From NCBI GenBank assembly GCA_047495785.1, contig JBLDXI010000006.1, positions 372,001 to 436,000 of the forward strand: a stretch of 64,000 nt of DNA, in the 5' to 3' direction. Below the pieces are notes generated by a model that saw nothing but the letters and a program-made list of their open reading frames with translations, did no database searches and was not told the DNA's origin. This document shows positions 37,653-49,621 of this stretch, in pieces. The position numbers were made by a program, and so were the translations under genes. This stretch comes from Lepidodermella squamata. Its lineage: Eukaryota; Animalia; Gastrotricha. The first letter of the stretch is position 1. Every line of letters begins with the position of its first letter.

Positions 37653-38178
37653 TCAAAAATTGACAAATTTCCAAATAATCGTAGCAAATATCGCCATTAT
37701 TGAAGTGATAGTAGTTTTCATTATGATAATCGACGGAGATGCGTTGCATAGGTCACGGCTGTTGCAGTAGCAAATTACTGTGTCGATGCCGCCGGCCGAG
37801 GTCGTGCGGCACTCCATGGCCAAATTATAGGCAAAGGGCAGACAGCCTTTGACGACGCCGGCATTTGACCCGCCACTGACGAGCGTTTTCGAACACGCCG
37901 CGCAATTAACCACTTCTACTATTGACGTCTTACTAGAGCCGTAATAACACCGTATTGCCGCTGAATAAAAATAGTCAAAAAATTAAGAAAAATCGCAAAA
38001 TAAATAATTCGCTGAATTTAAACACTGAGAATTAAAAAGTTAATTTAATTTGGATTTTTTTAAATAAATGAAAAGTGATTTTATTTTCCTTTAATTTAAT
38101 GAAAAAATATTAAAAAAATAACCAACCTGTTAGCGAGAATAGGAGCGAGAAAACGAACAAGAACGCTTCTTTTTGCAT
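37653..38178 (-). CDS. Three-finger (Ly6-like) GPI-type protein, 2 exons
   Basis: MQKEAFLFVFSLLFSLT, gttggt...ttcag intron, AAIRCYYG..CAACSK..GCLP..MEC..CYCNSRDLCNAS plus a hydrophobic tail. TATA at ~38238. Confidence 0.85.
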
Positions 38179-38481
38179 TTTCTTTAATTTCGAATAAAAA
38201 ACCCGATAATACCTAATGCTAATATAATTCGCAGCTCTATATAAAATGTCGCGTAATATTTGACTATTTATTGTGCTGGTAAACAGTCTCGCGTGTTCCG
38301 CGGTCGTGATTTTGTGCTGCCAAGTAAATACCTGGAAATGTCATCTATATTACACCTAACAACCTGGCTGGCAAATCGAGCGAAACGCCCTGCTTGAAAC
38401 GAAAAAAATGATTCTCAATAATTTATTAATTATAATAATTTAAAATCACAGAAATTAAATTTATAATTATTTTTCAATTGT

Positions 38482-39141
38482 TCAAAGATGATGCGCCCAT
38501 TTGTAGAGACTATGCGGGATGTTTGGCCAAATGCGCTGCCCGCCGAGTATGATTGACAGCGCGAAGAAGGTGACGAAAATTTGAAGACCGGTGTAAATTG
38601 AAGCAATAATCGCCATAATATTAGCACAACCGTAATCGTTACAACCGTAAACCGGGCTGAATGCAACTTCAGCTGTCTTGTAGTGGCAAAACAGCAGCAG
38701 GGAAAATCCAACAATATAGCCGACAAAAAACACCATTTTCGCAAAAACTTGGGAAAATAAAATAAATTATTTTATAATATTTTAATTAAGTTTACCTATC
38801 GCTCTGATGTCGTAAAGGCAGCAATTTTTCACCTTTCTCCGTCTAGCGCAACATTGAACAATGTGAAGAATACCCTCGGCTATTCCGAAAACGAAGCAGG
38901 TGATGAAAGTGACGATAAATAGGATTCGATCGCCTCGAACGAGTTCTTTATGAGCGAGTAGCCAGCCGACTTTGATGCTGGTCACACCGATGATGTGAGG
39001 TACGTGAGGTAGGACATCACTCAAGCGGCAACATCGCCCATCAGTTTCGTTCTCATTCGGAGGATGAGGATCTTCGCTGATTTCCAACGTCAGCGATAAA
39101 TCATCGTTGACCAACTGCTCAGCTAAATTACCGCCAGCCAT
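38482..39141 (-). CDS. Uncharacterised four-TM protein, family member 4 (2 exons)
   Basis: MAGGN...VPHIIG..KVGW..VRGD..AEGILH, gtaaac...cccaag intron, VFAKMVFFVGY...YGCNDYGCAN...WAHHL*. Confidence 0.82.
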
Positions 39142-39657
39142 TTTTTTGACTACAGCACTAACACACCTGTGGTTGTTGTAATACGGACGATAAGGCGGTA
39201 ATTTTCTTATATTGTAAAACAATATAAATGTTATTAGTATGCGATTTTGCAATTAGCTCAGCTTTCAGCCGCGATACGGGCGTGCGAAAAAAGTGCGTGG
39301 CCGCGTTTTGACGTCGCGTATCATTATTATTATTATTCGCGGAAAATTGACACGTGTTTTTTGCGTCGTTCCACCCTAAATTCCTATAAAGCGAAATAAT
39401 TATACGCTAATATATCGCTTTCTTTTATTTTATCCCGTCAGATTCAATTATCAAAATATTTTTTTCATATTCCTAAACTTGAAAAAATCAATTAATATTG
39501 AAAATTTAATTAAAAAAATTAATTATGATAGAATTATTTTGCACAATTAAATTTTATTTTCTCGAAAAAATTAAGCATTTATCTTTTCAGCTCTCCAAAA
39601 ACGTTGTTGAGCCCGAGTATTGTGGTATCGAGAGTATTTTGTTTACTTTTTTGTTCT

Positions 39658-40363
39658 TCAGAAGGTTTTAGCGAAATTAACACAGCAATCGCCGCAATTG
39701 CAAGCTTTTTCGCACAGTAATACGCAAATTGCGATGAGAGTCACGACTCCTCGAATGATTTCGTACAATAGCGCGATGATGGCCATTATATTGGAACAGC
39801 CGAACGAATTGCAGCCGTATTTTTCGTCAAAGGCGACCTTCGAACTGGAAAATAGAGCGGCAGCTAACAGGATGGTCGAAGCGGCAAAACCGAGGAACAG
39901 CACAAAATTCACCACAACTAAAAAAATTATAAAAAAAATAATAATATTAAATAATTTAAAATCTTTCAATTTTCAATTTTTTTATATTTTTTGAAATTTT
40001 TGAAAATTAAAATTTTTAATTACCTTTGACCCATCTGATGTTGAACGGATTTTTTTGAACGCGTCTGACTTTGAGAATGCATTTGATGAGATTAATCAGC
40101 GATTCGAGAATGGCGAAAATTATGCAAATTAAATAGGCGAGGCGGAACATTTTGTGATCGCCGCGTAGTTGGCCCTGCTCGGCGAGGATAAGACCAGCTT
40201 TAACGAATGCCATGCCGATAAGGTGCGGCAATTTATGCAGCAGCGCGTCTTTAGGATCCATGCACGCTTTCAAATCGCATTTCGACTGAGATTGCTGCGG
40301 TTGCTGTTGTTGCTGATCAGCTGAGCGTATTTCAATTCGAGATTCACCTTGAACTTTCGACAT
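39658..40363 (-). CDS. Uncharacterised four-TM protein, family member 5 (2 exons)
   Basis: MSKVQ...LPHLIG..KAG..LRGD, gtaatt...ttttag intron, VVVNFVLFLGF...YGCNSFGCSN...FAKTF*. Confidence 0.82.
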
Positions 40364-41145
40364 TATTTTACGGGGGCGATTAAAAGATATTTAATGTATT
40401 TTTAATGAATGAAGACTAGTAGTAGCAAGCGTCGTGCTGCTGCCGATTGCGCTTCTTAGGCTGAATACGGACGACAGAACACGAAGCTATAGGATACTAC
40501 GAAGGCTTTTCCTATGAAGGCCAGTGATTTTTTTTATTACATGCGCGTGTTTATTTACCATTTTTTTCTCCTGCGGCAGTGTTCTTTGTTTACTCAGCAG
40601 GCTATAGGATAATGAAATATATGGGAGGCTGTATAACTGGAGGCGAAGTCGCCAGTAAGCTTTGTTTGCACTATGAACCAATACTTCGTTATGAGTTGTC
40701 GCTCAGTCGGTTAAAAAAACCGCACCCCTCAACGACCAATCGGTAGTGAAAAAAGAAAATCTGTAAGAAATGATCAACATTTCAAAGGAAGGACACGAAA
40801 AGGCCTTAAAATAAGGAGTTTTGGCCTTAAATTAAAATAAGGATTCCTAAAATTCAGGAATCAATCCTGATCCTGTACAATCGATTTTCAGGCATTGAAG
40901 ATGATCAGCAGTTGATTTTTTAACATAGCATGGCTATGCGTCACTTGATTCTCTCATTCCCATGATTTTTCATATATGTCTATGCCTAATTTCGCGGGAA
41001 TTAACCCCGCGCGCAAAAAAACGTTAGTCACTAGGCATGTCACCGCGTAATAAGCATAATTTGGCACTTGGCCGAGAGAGCAGGGAAGGTACGTTGTATA
41101 AATAATACATACCTTGCAAATTACTCTGTTCCGGTTTTGGTAAAT

Positions 41146-41922
41146 ATGGCGCCAACTGCTGCGATATCAACCACAATCGTTCTTCTTTCAATCATCGCAT
41201 CAACAGGTTTCAACAATTTATCACTTGTCTAAGATGTCCTCTTCTGGGATAATAAATAAATAAATAAATTATTCCAATTTAACTTGTCGATTTCAAAATA
41301 TTCGATCATTTTCGAAGTGCGTCTAGTAATAGGTGTTGTTCGAGGAATTTCAGAAATCGACTTCGAGGCAATTTGTTCAAAAATTCTAGTTTTTACTGTT
41401 TAGCATATTTCAGACATGACCGAAAGATTGGAAGATTCATTTAATTCAATACCTAACCATTTTATTCAGCTATTTAACTGGCTAGGGTTAGGTTAGGGTT
41501 AGAGGCTGGGTCTTAAAATTAGGGACTTGGAAGTGATTGGTACAGACTTCAATGATAATTTGGTAATGAATCCGCTATATCCGCCGAAAGATTCGAGTAA
41601 TTTCTGTTGTTGTTCTTCCTTAGTCGCTCTGAAGTGTCATGCCGGTGACAGTTCGTCGAGTTTCAAAGAAGTAGACGGGTGTAATGTGTGTTCGAAATCA
41701 ACAGCAACAGCCGGTACGACATCGATGGTTGTCAAAGCGTGCCTGAATACGTCATCAACGGTTCGCATGGAATGCTCCACTGTCATGTTTGGCACTTACA
41801 AAACCGTACTGTGCTACTGCAACGAAAAAGACTTGTGCAATGGCTCTAACTTTGCAGCTTCATCTGTATCCATTTTAGTTTTATTTATTGTTACAGTCAT
41901 ATACTACAGCATATTTGATTGA
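41146..41922 (+). CDS. Three-finger (Ly6-like) GPI-type protein, 2 exons
   Basis: MAPTAAISTTIVLLSIIAST, gtttca...ccttag intron, VALKCHAG..CNVCSK..CYCNEKDLCNGS plus a hydrophobic tail. TATA at ~41097. Confidence 0.85.
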
Positions 41923-42310
41923 TTAATGTCGGTTACGCTAATCAAATAAGAATAAAGACATAGTGCACCTTAGATAGACACATTTTCTTGTCAATTTGTC
42001 ACCTCGAAGCTCCGAGGCCTTCTTCAATAGGGTTTCCGATAAACTTGAAGAATGAATCCCGTCAAATCAATTATCAGCCCTTGAAGAAGGTAGCAGCTGA
42101 TTTTTAACTTAGCATAGTTATGCATAACTTGGCGCTCTCATTCCCAAGCTTTTCCGTAGTTCTATGCCTAATTTCGGGTAAATTAACCCCGCGCACAAAA
42201 AAACGTTAGTCATCCGTCATGTCACCGCGATAGAAGCATAATTTAGCGCTTGGCAGAGGTATTCCTTTTTCAATACATACCTTGCATTTTCTGTTCTGGC
42301 TTTTGGAAAT

Positions 42311-42831
42311 ATGGCATCAACTGCGGTACCAATCTCTATTGTTCTTCTCTCAATCATCGCATCAACAGGTTTCAATGACTTATTCGATGTTATTTATGCA
42401 AATTGAAGTCGAAAATTGAAATTGTCTCGTAAAGTAGTAAGTATTGTCCGAAAAATTCACGAGAGCTATTCTAGTTTAACTTTTTTGGCAGTTTTTAGAC
42501 AATATAACGGACCTTTCTGTTTTTCTCGTCCATAGTTGCTCTGAAGTGCCATGCCGGTGATAGTGCGTCGAGTTTCCAAGAAGTAGACGGTTGTAATGTA
42601 TGCTCGAAATCAACAGCGACATCCGGTACGACCACGGCGGTTGTCAAAACGTGCCTGAATACAAACTCCACTGTTCGCATGGAGTGCACCACTATCATGC
42701 TCCTCAACTACAAAACCGTAGTGTGCTACTGCAACGAAAAAGACTTGTGCAATGGCTCCAACTATGCAGCATCATCAGCATTCATTTTAGCTACTTTTAT
42801 CGTTACGGTCATCTACGGCATATTTGCTTAA
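42311..42831 (+). CDS. Three-finger (Ly6-like) GPI-type protein, tandem duplicate of 41146-41922
   Basis: MASTAVPISIVLLSIIAST, gtttca...ccatag intron, VALKCHAG...CYCNEKDLCNGSNYAASSAFILATFIVTVIYGIFA*. The flanks are also duplicated (~40890-42015 vs ~42075-42960). Confidence 0.85.
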
Positions 42832-43940
42832 TTATTGATAGTTACTACATCATTTAATCGGTTCATGCAATCAACAAATAGAAATAAAAACGCATTGCAG
42901 CTTAGTTACACGCATTTTCTTGTTACTTGCCACCTAACACGGAAACTGTCGAAGCTCTGAGGCAATTATCAAGAGGTCAACATATTTGTACCACGAAAAA
43001 AGAGGTTCCAGCTTCTAGCACTGAAAGTTTACTGATTCTCTGCGAATTCGACTATTTCGTTTTTCAATCGATTCTGAACTTGGGATTTGCCATCTTAGCT
43101 AAATGGTGGCCTACGGTATGTAGAAGATCGGTGTTGAGTTACAAGGCGGTTGTAAACTGATAACTGATTTGTAAAATCGCTACTTGAGATTCCAGTCAAG
43201 TCGTGAAACTTGAAAACCCATATTTTGGGGGAATCAGTCCCATTATAGGCTACCCAGATTTTTCAACAACTTGAAATCTGTAGGCTTTACTTTCTGCAAC
43301 ATGTTGTTCACTGTTATCTATCCAATACTCAGACCAAATAGTGTAATCTCAACATAGCACTGCTCCCATCGTTCACGTCGCGGAAAAACTCGCAGAAGTG
43401 TGTTTTTTTCTGACTACTGTACATTTGAGTACGGTTGGCTGAAAATTCCATTCCTCTTACACTTACTGTACCCAGTGTACAGTCGGACCTTTTCCGAAGT
43501 GCGAGTTCTTCCGCGACGTGATTGTAATAGTTTTGATCCTAACGAAATTCGATAATTTGCGTAGACCGTTATGAAGTTCTGCCGCTAGCCTGTTTATAGG
43601 TGTTGGCCCCTGGGCCGAGACACGATTATATCCGGTGCTTCCCTATAAAGCTAAAGCGCCTACTTGCTAATTTGGCTCAAACATGGTCCGGAAAGCTGAG
43701 CTAATAAAATTATCCGCATAATGACATCGCGTGACTCGCCTGAATAGAATACAAACAAATGGCGTAAAACTAACTTATCGCCACGTTGGCCAGAAAGCCA
43801 GATTTTTCTTTGAATAAAAAACACTGCGCCTTCAGTTTCTATTCTATGTGAGTCGTTATGACGCCCACCCCTCGATATGAACTGCCTCGAATGCCTCGAA
43901 TAGATTTCTTGAATTTGTCTATTTTGAGGTGCTGGACAAA

Positions 43941-44573
43941 ATGGCTGAGATAACACATATTCAGGCTAACAATTTAGCCATTTACTTAATCGACGATGAA
44001 TTACCGCTGACCCCTGAAGCTGACCAGAGCAAAAGACGATGTTGCCATTTGAAAGATTTCCTGCCTGTTATACCGCACTTAATCGGCTCGGCTTCCGTTC
44101 TATTGGGAATGATTTTCTGGCGAAAAGGACTTTTTCGAGGCGATAAGTTCATGTTTCTTGTCACTTTTCTCATTTGCGGCTCATTAGCAGTCGAAGGCCT
44201 GATTCATATGTATCAAGGTTTGGTTAAGAGGCGGATTTTGGGCACTTCCTGTCCATACGGCACAAAAATTATTATATGTGAGAATTTCCCTTGCATGAAT
44301 ATTGCAATTCAAATTAGTTTGATTATTCTTTCAGTTGTCACTAAACTAATTCTTTTTGTTGGCCACATTGCTGGATTCACCTTGCTGCTTTATTGCCAAA
44401 GCTCATATTACGAATGCGGCAATTATGGTTGTTCTAACGTTGTGGCGATTATCGCGTCAATTTACTCCGGTCTTCAAATTATCTTCACTCTAGCTGTTAC
44501 TTCAGCTGTCGTGCGAATGCGCTGGTCGAATAGCTTACTTGAAGCGTCAACGATTTGGCGCGTTACCTTGTGA
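43941..44573 (+). CDS. Uncharacterised four-TM protein, family member 6 (57-nt intron at 44278-44334)
   Basis: MAEITH...IPHLIG..FRGD..VEGLIH, gtgag...tttcag at the family-conserved position, then CGNYGCSNVVAIIASIY. Confidence 0.8.
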   Translation: MAEITHIQANNLAIYLIDDELPLTPEADQSKRRCCHLKDFLPVIPHLIGSASVLLGMIFWRKGLFRGDKFMFLVTFLICGSLAVEGLIHMYQGLVKRRILGTSCPYGTKIIICENFPCMNIAIQISLIILSVVTKLILFVGHIAGFTLLLYCQSSYYECGNYGCSNVVAIIASIYSGLQIIFTLAVTSAVVRMRWSNSLLEASTIWRVTL

Positions 44574-45631
44574 AAAGCCGAGGAAAATTCATCGTCAATG
44601 AAGCGGGATGAAGCGAGATGAACTTAAAAATTAACTTATTTGGTATATCACTGCGTACTTCGGTTTCAATTTTGGGACTATGACTAGTCCCAAGTTTTTC
44701 AAAGATATTGCTTTTACGTGGAAATTCTTCCATTCCCTATAACCCAATCTTTATATTTCGATTATAAAAGTTTTTATCATTTAACCTTGCTTGATAGGAG
44801 ATAGACAAATCGGTTTAGAGTCATCTTCTAGGTCAATTCCGTTTTAAGTCAAATGGGCTGATTTTGGCCTTCCAAAGATCAAATTTGTGAGTGGAAACAG
44901 TGCGCGATGTTAACCGGGGAAAGGGGAAACCCCCTAAAAAAATTGGACCCTTGTTCATAAAATTGAGGCCCGATGACACCCCCTAGTTCGAGGATCCTAC
45001 TTCGCGCACTTTGTCCAAGAAAGTAGAGCCTTGCAGCTTTGAAACCGCGGCTGTGTATGTCAATTATCGGGTTGTATTGATGTGGATTTTACCCAGCCCA
45101 GAATGGCCTGTTCTTCAAGTCAAATGGGCTGATTTTGGCCTTCGGAAGAATGTGTTAAGGGTTGGAAACAGTGCGCGAAGTACCGGGAGAATGGGGGTAT
45201 CTTACCTCCTAGTTCCCAAGGCCAACGGGGAAACCCCGAAAATACCAAAGGGGGACTCTTTGGTCATAAAATTGATCTGATAACAGCCCTTATTTGCAAA
45301 CTGCATGGAAAAGTCCACGTGAGTCTAAGTGCATCGCTGAATATCATGGGGGCAGCTTTCGTCGAGGAGTCGCCTCAAGTTAAAGGAAAAACAGGAATCG
45401 CGGTACAAGTTGAGCATTTTCAGCATTTCTGCATGCCATGTATTGTGAATAATAAAGAGCATTCTCAGCTTCGAGCTTTCAGCTGGATATTATGAGTTGC
45501 TCTATAGGACACAAAACTGTCACAGAATTATCGGCTGTTATATTTTTTACCATGATTTATTTATTTCTCTGAATATTTATTTGTGAATTTTTATTTATTG
45601 ATTGATAATATAGTCAAAATCTATCGGAATT

Positions 45632-47816
45632 TCACTTGAATTTAGGGTCCATGGGCGGAAATCCGATGAACTGATAGCGGCGTTCGCAATCTTCAGCCTC
45701 CAGTCGATGCAGATCGATGAAAAGCCAGTCAATGTGCGTCAAATCGGGCCTGTAATGAGCCAGCGTAGTGATCACTTGCTCCGCCGTGCTTTCGAATTGC
45801 GGAACCAGGTCATAGAAGACCTTTTCGAAGCACTTGCGACGCATCGCATCACTCGGCAGCGTTCGCTTTCAGTACCAATCGAGAATTTTCAACATGTCGG
45901 CCTGAATTTCGCGCACCATTAACGGACATTTCAGCCGAGCAGTTTCACCTAGAAATAAATCGGAAAATTTTTGAAAATTTCAAATTTCAAAAATTCCATA
46001 AAATAAATTTTATTCAATTCAAATTGAAAAATTAAGAAATTTTCGCATATTTTTTAAAATTATGATTAAATAAAAAAAATCTAGGACACCTCGAAAGAAC
46101 ACGATGATTTGTAGCAGGCTGATTTCGACGAAAGACGGCTGCCAAGCTTCCATAACCGAAGCAATATTAGCAAGATGGCTGAATTTCGTCTGTTGAATCG
46201 GGAAGTAGGCGACCAAGGCCTGTACAAAGTCTTGGCTCATGCCGAAAAAGCGATGGCGAGTGAACGTTGGCAGTGAGCAGTGTAAAAGCGACACAGCGAT
46301 GAAGGATCGCGAAAATAAGTTGTACCAGTCACTCGTTGGCAGTTTCGGCGCCAGTGGGCGTAAGCATCGCGTGAATTCAACGCCGGCTAGCAGGACTTTA
46401 CTGAAACTACGCATCGCTGAAGCCCACACCGATGCATCACTAAATAAAATATAGAAATAAATTACGCTCAATTACAGGTTGCAGTTTGACCCCTAGAAAA
46501 TAATCACGAATTTATGGGCCGCGCGATGGTGTCAATGGGCCACATTCGAATAATCTGGCGGTTTTGTCCCAAAAATTAATTCAGTAAATTCTCTATCAAT
46601 TGAGCATAGGGTTCTCGCAAAAAGAAGTGAATGGGAATATTTTGTTAGTGCGCAAGAAAAGGTTCCCGCGCATACAACCGGGAGATGATTACGCAAATCG
46701 TCCGATGAATCATCAATGACCCCACCCAAAAAAGTTATTTAGCCCCCTCGTGTTCAGCGCCCCAGGTTTGCGGAGTTTAGCGCCTCATCTGGCCGCCTGG
46801 ACCTAAAAGGTGGTTGCTTACCTGGGAAAAATCAGAAAACTAGTGGCATTGTCCTGATTATGGACAAACTACAATTCAATTTACAGAAAATCACACTTTT
46901 ACCCCAAGTAATCGGCTTTTTAGATTGTTGCTAGAGGAAACGGAGCTCGTAATTTTCAGATTTTTTTCAAAAAATTTCAATTGCTAGCTGTACCAGATAG
47001 ATGAGTTTGACCTAGTTTCGGACAACGATTAATTACCCTATGTTCCGCTCATTCCATTTTCGCGCAACTAACACCAATCAATAGAGCGGGTCGGCTTTAA
47101 TAATCACTCCAAACGCCTATTTCGGTATTATGAGATAAAAGCAAGCATAAAGAAACAGCTTTAATTCAAGAACAAATGAAATTACTCTGAAAATTAGCGG
47201 GTATTTGTCTGAAATTCTTAGAATTTCGGGGAATTTTTTGGGAATTTTAGTAATTTTTGTTGTTTGTGTAGTGATACTTTTTGTAATTCCCCAGAAAATC
47301 CCCAGAAAATCAGCCTAATAATTTACAATTTTTGGGAGTTTAATTGCTTGGAGAAAAATTTACCAACCCTAATGTTGGGTTGCAGCTCCACTCGATGGAT
47401 TCGATGACGGCCAGCTCACTGGCAGCTCGAAGTACGACTACTAGCTTCTGCTCGGCCATCAGCCCGTCAATGTCAATGTTGTGCAGCTTTTTCGGCTGTC
47501 CACCGTCGTTGTCGATTTTCAGCGTAACATCATTTTTCATCGCTTTAGCTACTGAAATGCATTTCATCAGGCGGCATTTCATGCACATACGCGGCCGAAC
47601 AGCCAAACTAGTGGAATTTCCCTGTAAATTGCCCATCGCCACCTGGACGGTCGGACATCGATTACGGCCAGTTATGCACTGCAAGCAGTCGGGGGTGTTT
47701 TTGAAACGCTGGAAAAATGCGTAGCAAGACTCGCAAAATTGCCCATTTGTCGCTAAAGAAGCGCTGCAAACTTGGCATCTTGAGATTCCAGGCGAAAAAT
47801 ACCTGTATTGAAACAT
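45632..47816 (-). CDS. Divergent nuclear hormone receptor-like protein 1 (3 visible exons; start uncertain)
   Basis: C4 fingers CQVC-x10-CESCYAFFQR..C-x6-C..RMCMKCRLMKC. LBD-like VEFTRCLRPLAPKLPTSDWYNLFSRSF and WQPSFVEISLLQIIVFF. Confidence 0.78.
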
Positions 47817-48363
47817 TATTGACCAGATTAAACAGCTCCTAAAACAAAAAGTTTGCCGGGTTTATTCATGTCAAAACTTTAACAGATAAATTATAGAAAA
47901 ACCGTCAATTTTAATTAGGATCATTTAGGTATTAGGAAAATTGCCCAAAAAATATCTTAAATAAAAAGATTAATTCGTCAAAAAAGTTTAGGGTCAAAAA
48001 TGAAAAATTCTATAAAATGTAGATAATAATAATCGGAAGCCGTATTTTTAATTCTTAAGAAAAATTTCCTGACTCATGATTGTTTAGTTGTGTTGCGCAA
48101 TAAAATCAATGACCTCAATAATGACAATGACTGTACATTATGTCGCAAAATCAGGCAAGTGTCACTTTTTAATTGAGATCGTCCACAAAACTTAACTCAA
48201 CAACTACTAATTATTAACCTCAAATATCAACGACTTTTGTTCAACCTCATTGAAATTCATTGAAGCGTGAAATGAATTCAATTTAAATTTTATTAAGAGA
48301 TGCGAAATGTTTCATCATTTAAAAATTCAGAAAATGTTTCCAATATTATTCAGGATTTTAAAG

Positions 48364-49621
48364 TCAGTTTTTCGGATCGAGAGGTGGCAGTCCGATCAGG
48401 TGATAACGGCGTTCGCATTCGTCGGCCTCGAGTCGGTGCAAATCAATGAACAGCCTGTCCAAGTGCGTCAAATCTGGCCGGCAATTAGCGAGCGTTTTTA
48501 TGACCTCTTCTGATGTTCGCTCGAAATACGGAATTAGGTCACGAAAAACTCGTTCGAAACATTTGCGCCGAAACTCGCCGTCATTAGGGTGGGTGCGAAG
48601 CCAGTACATGTCGAGGATTTGAAGCATTTCTCGCTGAATTTCTAGAATGGAATGACAACTTCTCAGCTTGCCGCTTTCAGCTAGAAAATAAATTGGAGAA
48701 ATTAGCAATAAATTAAGGCAGATTTTTTTCAACCTCGAAAAAGCGTGATGACTTGTAGTAGGCTAATTTCTATGAAAGACGGCTGCCAAGCTTCCATAAC
48801 AGCGGCAATTTTCGAAATCGGTTCAATTTGCCGCTTCTGAATCGGGAATAATTTGAAGAAAATTCTCGCGAATCCCGGGTCCATGGCGAAGAAATGGTCG
48901 AGGCAAGACGGTAGCGAGCAGTGAAGTATGGTTATTGTGACGAACGATTTTGAAAATAATTGGCACCAGTCGCTGTTTCGAAGCTGCGGGGCGATAGGTT
49001 GAAGAGCTTTTGTAAATTCAACGCCGGCTAGAAGCATTTGACTGAAACAGCTCATAACAAAGGTCCACAGTGGTTCGTCACTTAAGAAAAATTAAAATTA
49101 AAATTAAATCATGAATTTTTGAAATTTTTGAAATTTTTGAAAAATTCAATTCTCAATTAATTATAAATAAAAAAAATTATTTCTTGATTTAAAAAAATTG
49201 AACGTTTTAAAAAATTTAAATTTTTTAAAATTATTTACTCTGGGCGTGATCGATAGTTCCAATCAATCGATTCGATAACCGATAATTGACATGCCGCTTT
49301 GAGAATAATCGCTATTTTCCGCTCAGCTATCAAGCCATCGCCATCCAGGTCGAAATTAATCTGCATGTAGCTGTTTCGAGTCGGAGGCAGGCTGAACTTT
49401 GGCTTTCGACTCGGAACCAAACTTGAATTATTACTGTTGTCACTACTGCCGCTTTGAGACGACGATTCATTGCAGTAATAATAGGCGGCGTAATTTTTCG
49501 ATGAGCAGGAATTGCAGACGGTGGAGTTGAATTGATTACCGGCTAATTTTCGGCCGCAATTATCGCAATAAACCCACTCATCATCAGAACGAGGGGAGTT
49601 CATATTCGGGGTGACTTGCAT
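48364..49621 (-). CDS. Divergent nuclear receptor-like protein 2 (second zinc finger lost)
   Basis: CDNC-x13-CNSC followed by a Ser-rich linker. LBD-like exons at ~48733-49080 and 48364-48680 are homologous to the neighbours. Confidence 0.75.
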
